Shown piece after piece: positions 23,391 to 29,670 of a stretch of DNA of 29,670 nucleotides (within the stretch, counting starts at the first letter, position 1; each line of letters begins with the position of its first letter). The translations under genes were made by a program, and so were the position numbers. The notes beneath the pieces are model-generated. The model saw only the letters and a list, made by a program, of their open reading frames with translations, ran no database searches and was not told where the DNA came from. The stretch is from a virus. The stretch spans positions 1-29,670 of IMG/VR virus record IMGVR_UViG_3300045988_131075. The stretch is one strand, 5' to 3'.

Positions 23391-24968
23391 ATGAAACATA
23401 CAAGTATTAAATTAAATACACCTTGTGAGTTTATAAATATAACTCCTGTAAATCCTTTAATTTCTAAATGCCAAATTAAGGTTTGTTATGTAGATGATAA
23501 GCCTAATCGTAATAAAAGCGTAATTACTAAAGATGTAGCGACTGAGATGGCTAATAGTCTTCCAGGCAGTCCTATTGTTGGCTTTTTTAACGAAAATACC
23601 GAAGATTTTGAAGAACATAATAGGATAATTGAATTATCTAACGGCGAATTTAGAATGAGAGATAATACTCGCCCTTATGGTTTTGTTGATCTTGGAGCTA
23701 AAGTTTGGTTTTAGAAATTTTTGGATGATGGTGTTGCTGAACGTGAGTATTTAATGACTGAAGGTTATTTGTGGACTGGTTAGTATCCTGAATGTAAACG
23801 TGTAGTTGAGAAAGGGAATAATCATTCTATGGAGCTTGATGAAAAAACATTAAATGCTACGTGGGCAAAAGATAGTAATGGAAAGCCTTAGTTTTTTATT
23901 ATAAATAAGGCAATTATTTCTAAACTTTGTATTTTGGGAGAAGAAAATGAACCTTGTTTCGAAGGCTCCCAAATCAATGTGAATTTTTCATTCGATGATG
24001 GTTTTAAGAACACTTTGTTCTCCATGATGAATGAACTTAAAGAATTTATGAAAGAAGGAGGAGCCAAAGTGTTTACACAATACGCTGTTAATATTGGCGA
24101 CAATTTGTGGAATTCTCTTTATTCTTATATTGAGAATAAGTATCCTGTCGAACCAAAGAATTATTGTTCTGTTTATCGCATTGAAGGTGTTTGCGAAGAT
24201 GGTGAACAAAAGTTTGCTGTTTTGAAGAATAAACAGGATGAAAAATACTATCGTATGGATTTTTCTCTTGAAGCAGAGAATTTCGTTCCTTCTGATACTT
24301 TGATTGAAGTAACTGATTATGCTCCTGCGGCAGAGCCTCAGTTTGCTCTTAATGCTGTAGAAGAATTTGAAAATGAGTATGCTTCAAAAAAGAAAGCAGA
24401 AGAGGACAAAAATAATAAATCAAATAATCCTGACGGTGAAAATAAATCAGAGGGCAATGATAATAAAAAGAACCCTGATAATGGAGAACCCTCTAATAAG
24501 TCTGATAAAGGCGACAACGGTGAGAATGATGATGATAAAAAGAAAAAGAAAAATTATTCTCTTGAGGACGTTGTTGAATATACTGAACTTAAAGCTCAGT
24601 ATGATGAATTACAGACTAAATTCGCAGCTCTTGAAACTGAAAATAATAGCTTGAAAGAGCAAATTGCTCCACTTGCTGAATTTAAAAATGCTGCTGAGAA
24701 GAAAGATAAAGAAGATATGATTGCTAAATTCTATATGCTTTCTGATGAAGATAAGGCTGATGTTGTTGAAAATATTGATAAATATTCTCTTGATGATATT
24801 GAAGCTAAATTATCTGTTATTTGTGTTCGCAACAAGGTGAGTTTCGACCTTGACGAAAATAATAAGCCCAATGGTGCTACTACTTTTAATTTGAACGATA
24901 ATGGTTCAGAAGATGATGATATGCCCGCTTGGGTGAAGGCGGCTTTTGCTACCGCCAACAAAAATTAA
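23391..24968 (+). CDS. Scaffold-like protein of about 525 aa with 3 in-frame TAG codons. It has a globular N-terminal domain, then a coiled-coil and a highly charged K/D/E/N-rich C-terminal half.
   Basis: ORF-track pieces 23391..23714 and 23934..24968 are in the same frame. GGAGG RBS. Position between portal and capsid genes. Confidence 0.5.
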
Positions 24969-24985
24969 TAAGGAGGACATACTAA

Positions 24986-25903
24986 ATGTTTAAAGACTTT
25001 TTGAATAAGAATCTTCCTATTAAGTCTCAGGCAAAGTATGTTGAGTTTGGTTACGGTCAGGTCGAGCCTAATCACCTTTCCGCACAAAGAAATGCTCAAA
25101 TCTATGCTCAACTTCCTGCCAATAAAGACATTGAGATTCTTGAAAACGGTCAGTTTGTAAAGTATGACTATGCTGCTAATGGTAATGGTATCGGCGAAGT
25201 CAACTTCACTGGCGAAGGCGAATGGATGCTCGTTTATAACGAGATTAAGCTTTATCGTGATCATTATGATGGCAGTAAGCAGTGGGATTGCGAATTTGCT
25301 ATGATTAAAGATGACTATCAGGCTCGTGTTTATAGCCCTTATGATTGGGAGCATACCGAGGTTGAATATGGTGGTCGTTTCTGGAACGGCGTTGATGAAA
25401 AGGGTCAAACCTATAAGTTAATCAATTAGACTGTTTCCGCAGATCAGGGCTTAAAGACTGTAACTATTGCTGGTCGTGTTTATGATGTCGATGAAGCCGG
25501 CAAGTTTACTTATGATGGTAATGACTATACTCTTGATAATAATCATCAGGTTGCTAATGTTCCTGTAAAGTATTACTATGATAAGCTTCTTACTGATGTT
25601 CCTGATATGTATGAAATGAATTGGACTAATGATCCATATCATAAGTTAGGTATCTATCATGAGAAGTTCATGGAATCTGGCACTTCTATGGTTCCTCGTG
25701 TATTTAAGACCATGATTGGTGATCTTTATACTACTAATATGATTAATGAAGAGACTCTTGCTGTTGGAGATAAGCTTTCTCCTTCTGCTGCTACAAAGGG
25801 TATTCTTAGCAAAACTGGCGACGATTCAATGACCTGGCAGGTTGTTAAGGTTTATACTATGCCTGATGGTCAAAAGGGCGTCAAGGTAATGCGTATTAAG
25901 TAA
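24986..25903 (+). CDS. Structural protein of about 305 aa (1 in-frame TAG), possibly a head decoration or minor capsid protein.
   Basis: AAGGAGG 8 nt before the ATG. The pieces 24986..25429 and 25607..25903 are in the same frame. Confidence 0.5.
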
Positions 25904-25920
25904 GAAAGGAGAAAAGGATA

Positions 25921-27027
25921 ATGTTAGATAAAAATAATTTAATTGCTCTTATGAAGCAAGTTGCTAAGGCTGATCCTTCTGCTCCTGTTGCTTATAGTTA
26001 TGAGGGAAAAAATCTTAGTTATGAAGCCTTAAATGAAACTCTTCGTAATGAAATGAATGAGTTGGCTGGTACTTACGCTCTTTATCGTGAAAATAAGAAT
26101 CTTATTTTCTCTATGATTGAGCAGACTCTTGATGAGGTTCTTCCTAAGAAAGTTATTCAGCAATATGATCAGTTTGCTGAGGTTAAAACTTTCGCTCAGG
26201 GTGATAAGCCTATTTTCCGTCGTCCTCTTAATAATCGTGCTCGTGCTAAGCAGTTTGTAACTCGCGTTGGTCTTGCTGGTATTTATGAAGTCTTCAAGCT
26301 CGGACCTAAAGAGAATGAAGCCTTTGAGGTACGTACTAGCGCTATCGGCGGAGCTGCTCAGATTGGCTTCGAAGAGTTCCTTGATGGTCGTGTTGATTTC
26401 GGTGAAGTAACCAAGATCATCATGGATGGTATGGATGAACTTATTTATAAAGAAGTTGCTGCCGCTCTTAGATCTTCTATCAATCAGCTTCCTCCTGCTA
26501 ACCGCGTTGCGGCTGCCGGATTTGATGAAGCTGCTATGGATCGTTTGATCACTATTGCTTCTGCTTATGGTACTCCTACCATTTATTGTACTTATGAGTT
26601 CGCTGTTAAGATGATTCCTCATGAGGCTTGGAGATATACTGAAGCTATGAAGAACGAGCTTTGGAATAATGGTCGTCTTGCTACTTACAAGGGCACTAAG
26701 GTTATTATTCTTGAGCAGGGCTTTGAAGATGAAACCAATACTCGTAAGGTTATTGATCCTGGTTATGCTTGGGTTATTCCTACGGGCGCTGATGGTAAGC
26801 CTGTAAAGATTGCTTTCGAAGGTGGCACTATTGTTGACGAGTTCAATAATTATGATCGTTCTCGTGAGATTCAGGTTTACAAGAAGGTTGGCGTAGTTTG
26901 TATGCTTGCTAATAACATCTGTGCTTATGTTGATACTTCACTTCTCGGTCAGATGTATACTTGGAATTATGATGGAGTTACCGGTAAGGTTATCACTTAT
27001 GATGGTCGCCTTGATGGTACTGTCTAA
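25921..27027 (+). CDS. Putative major capsid protein, 368 aa, with no TAG codons.
   Basis: Uninterrupted ORF with RBS AAGGAGAAAAGG and a TAA stop, followed immediately by a strong terminator. Position after the scaffold gene. Function inferred from gene order and size only. Confidence 0.55.
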   Translation: MLDKNNLIALMKQVAKADPSAPVAYSYEGKNLSYEALNETLRNEMNELAGTYALYRENKNLIFSMIEQTLDEVLPKKVIQQYDQFAEVKTFAQGDKPIFRRPLNNRARAKQFVTRVGLAGIYEVFKLGPKENEAFEVRTSAIGGAAQIGFEEFLDGRVDFGEVTKIIMDGMDELIYKEVAAALRSSINQLPPANRVAAAGFDEAAMDRLITIASAYGTPTIYCTYEFAVKMIPHEAWRYTEAMKNELWNNGRLATYKGTKVIILEQGFEDETNTRKVIDPGYAWVIPTGADGKPVKIAFEGGTIVDEFNNYDRSREIQVYKKVGVVCMLANNICAYVDTSLLGQMYTWNYDGVTGKVITYDGRLDGTV

Positions 27028-27045
27028 TTTAATATAAATTATTCC

Positions 27046-27090
27046 ATGGGGAGAAGGGATTAAACTCCCTCTCCCCATATTTTTGTTTTA
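27046..27090 (+). terminator. Intrinsic terminator after the capsid gene: hairpin ggggagaaggga-ttaaac-tccctctcccc, then a T-rich run atatttttgtttta.
   Basis: Direct reading. Confidence 0.7.
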
Positions 27091-27113
27091 TGAGTAAAAG
27101 GAGAAATTGAATA

Positions 27114-27707
27114 ATGATTAATAATGAAGATATTTATAATGTAAAAAATAGAAGCACTAGTGTAGTTGTTTATACTATTCCTGATACTAATTTGCGTCGT
27201 GAATTTGCGCCTGGTGAAACTAAGCGTATTCCATTTGGTGAGCTAGAGAAATTAACTTATCAGGCAGGCGGCCGCGAATTAATTGCTAATTTTTTACAAA
27301 TTTTAGAGCCAGAAGTAACTCATACTCTTAATGTTCATACTGAACCTGAATATAATATGTCAGAGCAACAAGTTGCTGATTTAATTCTTAATGGCTCATT
27401 AGATGCTTTCTTAGATGCTCTTGATTTTGCTCCTATTGGAATTATTGACTTAATCAAGAATTTATCTGTTAACCTTCCTATTACTGATATTAATAAGCGT
27501 AGAGCTTTGAAGGAAAAAACTGGGTTTGATGTTGATAAAGCTATTGCTAATGATATCGCTAGTAAAGAAGAAGATACTATCGTAGAGAAAGAACCGGCAG
27601 CTAAGCGTCGTGTAGTAAGAGAAGAACCTACTACTCAAGGTCGTCGTACAAGCGGTTCTGGATATAAAGTAATTAATAAAACCGAGGAAACTTCCTCCAA
27701 GAAATAA
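27114..27707 (+). CDS. Structural or head-associated protein of 197 aa with a basic C-terminal tail.
   Basis: Uninterrupted ORF with RBS AAAGGAGA and a TAA stop. Confidence 0.55.
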   Translation: MINNEDIYNVKNRSTSVVVYTIPDTNLRREFAPGETKRIPFGELEKLTYQAGGRELIANFLQILEPEVTHTLNVHTEPEYNMSEQQVADLILNGSLDAFLDALDFAPIGIIDLIKNLSVNLPITDINKRRALKEKTGFDVDKAIANDIASKEEDTIVEKEPAAKRRVVREEPTTQGRRTSGSGYKVINKTEETSSKK

Positions 27708-27726
27708 TTTATAGGAGGGCGATTAA

Positions 27727-28299
27727 GTGGGAACATTATTCTCAACTGTTTATAATCGCTTTCTAAACAAGGTTACTGATGATATGTATCTGGAATTGAC
27801 TCCTGAAGATACTCTAAGAGATTTATAGAATCTTATAATAGATGCTATTCCTGGATTTGAATTTCCGCGAAAAAATCTTTTAGATTATAATTTAGATGTC
27901 GCTACTATTAATGAATCTGACGCTATGCCGGATGATTTTATTGTAGGAACAGTATGGGGGGAACTTCCAGAACCGGGTGAAGAACCTCAAGTTTTAGTTG
28001 ATAGATCCAGTTTTAATTGTGATCTAACTGAAGAAGAAATTAATATTTTAGCTATTTTAATGATGTGCGGTTGGACGCAAAGACAAGTCACTTCAATTGA
28101 GAATACTCGAATGAAATATAGTGGCTCTGATTTTAAATTTACTTCTTAGGCAAATCATCTATCAAAGCTATTGAATTTATTAGGTGAATGCCAAAGACAA
28201 TCTCACCATATGTAGCGTTTATATAAACGCAGACGTTTAAATAATAAAGGTGAGTATGAATCTAATTGGGATGTATTTAAAAGTCGATATGATTACTAA
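27727..28299 (+). CDS. Head-tail adaptor or connector-like protein of about 190 aa with 3 in-frame TAG codons. GTG start.
   Basis: AGGAGG 8 nt before the GTG. ORF-track 27925..28149 is its in-frame middle part. TAA at 28297. Confidence 0.45.
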
Positions 28300-28597
28300 A
28301 TATAATTTTGATATTCCAATAGAGAGTATAAAAGTAAATTGTTTGCGCTTAACCAATCAATTATGGAAATTAATTCCAATGCGCGAAAATAATGAAGATT
28401 GGCATAAATAGCTAGAAACTGTTATAAATGAAATTGTGGGGTTTAGTGTGATTTTTAACGCTGAACCCCTTTATTTATAGTTATTAAATAAACTTGAGGG
28501 ATTGTAGAATCAAGATACTGATTTTAATTTTTATCGTAAGACTGTGTTTGAAACGATTAGTCTTTTATAGGAGATAAATTATGGCGTCAGGGTTTGA
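28289..28597 (+). CDS. Possible small late protein of about 102 aa with 4 in-frame TAG codons. It overlaps both neighbours.
   Basis: It is the only stop-free frame (under TAG read-through) filling the 280-bp gap. No clear RBS. Confidence 0.3.
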
Positions 28598-29645
28598 TTA
28601 TAGTAGTAAGCAACCTTTTAGATTATAGCAAGGTCGCTTAGGAATTTATGATAAGCCACCCTTTAAAGGTAGCCCTGTTGAAGGCGTTAATTATATGGCG
28701 GTTCGGCTCGGTCAGATGGGCGGAAATCGCCAACAAGAGCGTATGATTTTATCTAAGCGTAGAAGTTTAGATAGAGCAGTATGGAATTCATACCAAGCCG
28801 CAGAAATTATTAAATAGGATGCGGAATATAAAAAACCTATTAGGTGTTTGATTAATCCTAACAAATTGAAATAGGATTATGATGATAAGATTTTGTCTGT
28901 TGGAAATGAATATTAGTTTAAACCAGGAGATATTTTTGAATGGTGTGGAACTAATACCTATTGGATTTGTTATCTTTAGGATTTGACTGAATTAGCTTAT
29001 TTTAGAGGAGATATTAGAAAATGCTCTTATAAAATAAATTGGGTAGATGAGGGAGAGAAAAAGTCTACTTATGCAGCAATTCGCGGTCCTGTAGAAACGA
29101 AAATTAATTATATTCAAAAACATGAAATTAGTGTAGATATTCCTAATTATTCATTAAATATTTTGATGCCTAAGAATAAAGATACTTTGAGTTATTTTAA
29201 GCGGTATACAAAATTTTATTTAGATAGTTAGGATGATGGAGATAATTTAATTTGTTGGCGTGTTGAAGCTGTAGATTCTATAAGTATGCCTGGTATTTTA
29301 GAAGTCAATGCGACTGAATATTATATTAATGAGTAGGAAGATAATTTAAATGATAAGACTGTTGGTTCTTTAATTGCGGAACCGATTGATCCGAATCCTA
29401 CGACAACTGATATTATAGGAGAAACATTTATCTTTCCAAAGAAAAGTTATACTTATTATTTTGATGGTGAAGTTGTTTTAGAATGGAGCATAAAGAATAA
29501 TAAGAAGTTGCCGGTTTCTTTAAAAATTATTAAAGAAGCAAAAAAACCAACAGTTGAAATAAGTTGGACTTCTGGATATAGCGGATAGTTCGATTTATTA
29601 TATGGAGATTATAAAAAAACGATAATTGTTCAATCATTGTTTTAA
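28581..29645 (+). CDS. Late structural protein of about 354 aa with about 10 in-frame TAG codons.
   Basis: GGAG 7 nt before the ATG. ORF-track 28983..29231 is an in-frame internal piece. A single frame is free of TAA and TGA up to the TAA at 29643. Confidence 0.5.
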
Positions 29646-29670
29646 GGAGAAAAAGGTGTTATGAAGATTG

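Overview
The window looks like a contiguous piece of a tailed-phage genome. It has two very different halves, and the host is probably a low-GC Gram-positive (Bacillota); the basis for that host call is given at the end of this summary.

Positions 1 to about 16,000 form an early-type region of moderately high GC. It is packed with small genes, almost all on the minus strand, and most follow a near-consensus sigma-A-type promoter (TTGACA-17-TATAAT or TGnTACAAT), a conserved leader and a strong Shine-Dalgarno site. This half is divided every 2.0-2.5 kb by seven copies of a repeated boundary module. Each module holds a bidirectional intrinsic terminator, a conserved early promoter, and a GC-rich hairpin whose stems covary between copies; the hairpin sits at the predicted 5' end of the transcript. 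Three copies also carry a convergent consensus promoter that would make an antisense RNA of about 110 nt.

Recognisable early products are:
- a DEDDh 3'-5' exonuclease;
- a HAD-family 5'(3')-deoxyribonucleotidase;
- a T5orf172 (GIY-YIG-like) protein;
- a SpoVT/AbrB-family regulator;
- two paralogous winged-helix-like proteins;
- many small membrane peptides.

Positions 16,300 to the end form an AT-rich late operon on the plus strand, starting at a consensus promoter near 17,265. Every long gene can be rebuilt only by reading TAG as a sense codon (probably Gln, as in genetic code 15); TAA and TGA terminate. Read that way, the operon encodes a large terminase, a DUF559/Vsr-like endonuclease, a portal protein, a scaffold-like protein, a major capsid protein with no TAG codons followed by a strong terminator, and head-tail proteins. 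No tRNA, integrase or CRISPR array was seen.

Between the halves, at 15,960-16,280, lies a non-coding region with perfect inverted repeats and three iterons, which is a candidate origin or regulatory switch. The window begins with a degenerate 17-bp tandem-repeat array.

The host guess rests on promoter and RBS style and on the SpoVT/AbrB homolog. All functions are inferred from motifs visible in the sequence; no database search was possible. ORF-track coordinates were kept where they were not re-derived. Boundaries of other elements were hand-counted against the printed position lines and may be off by 1-2 bp.
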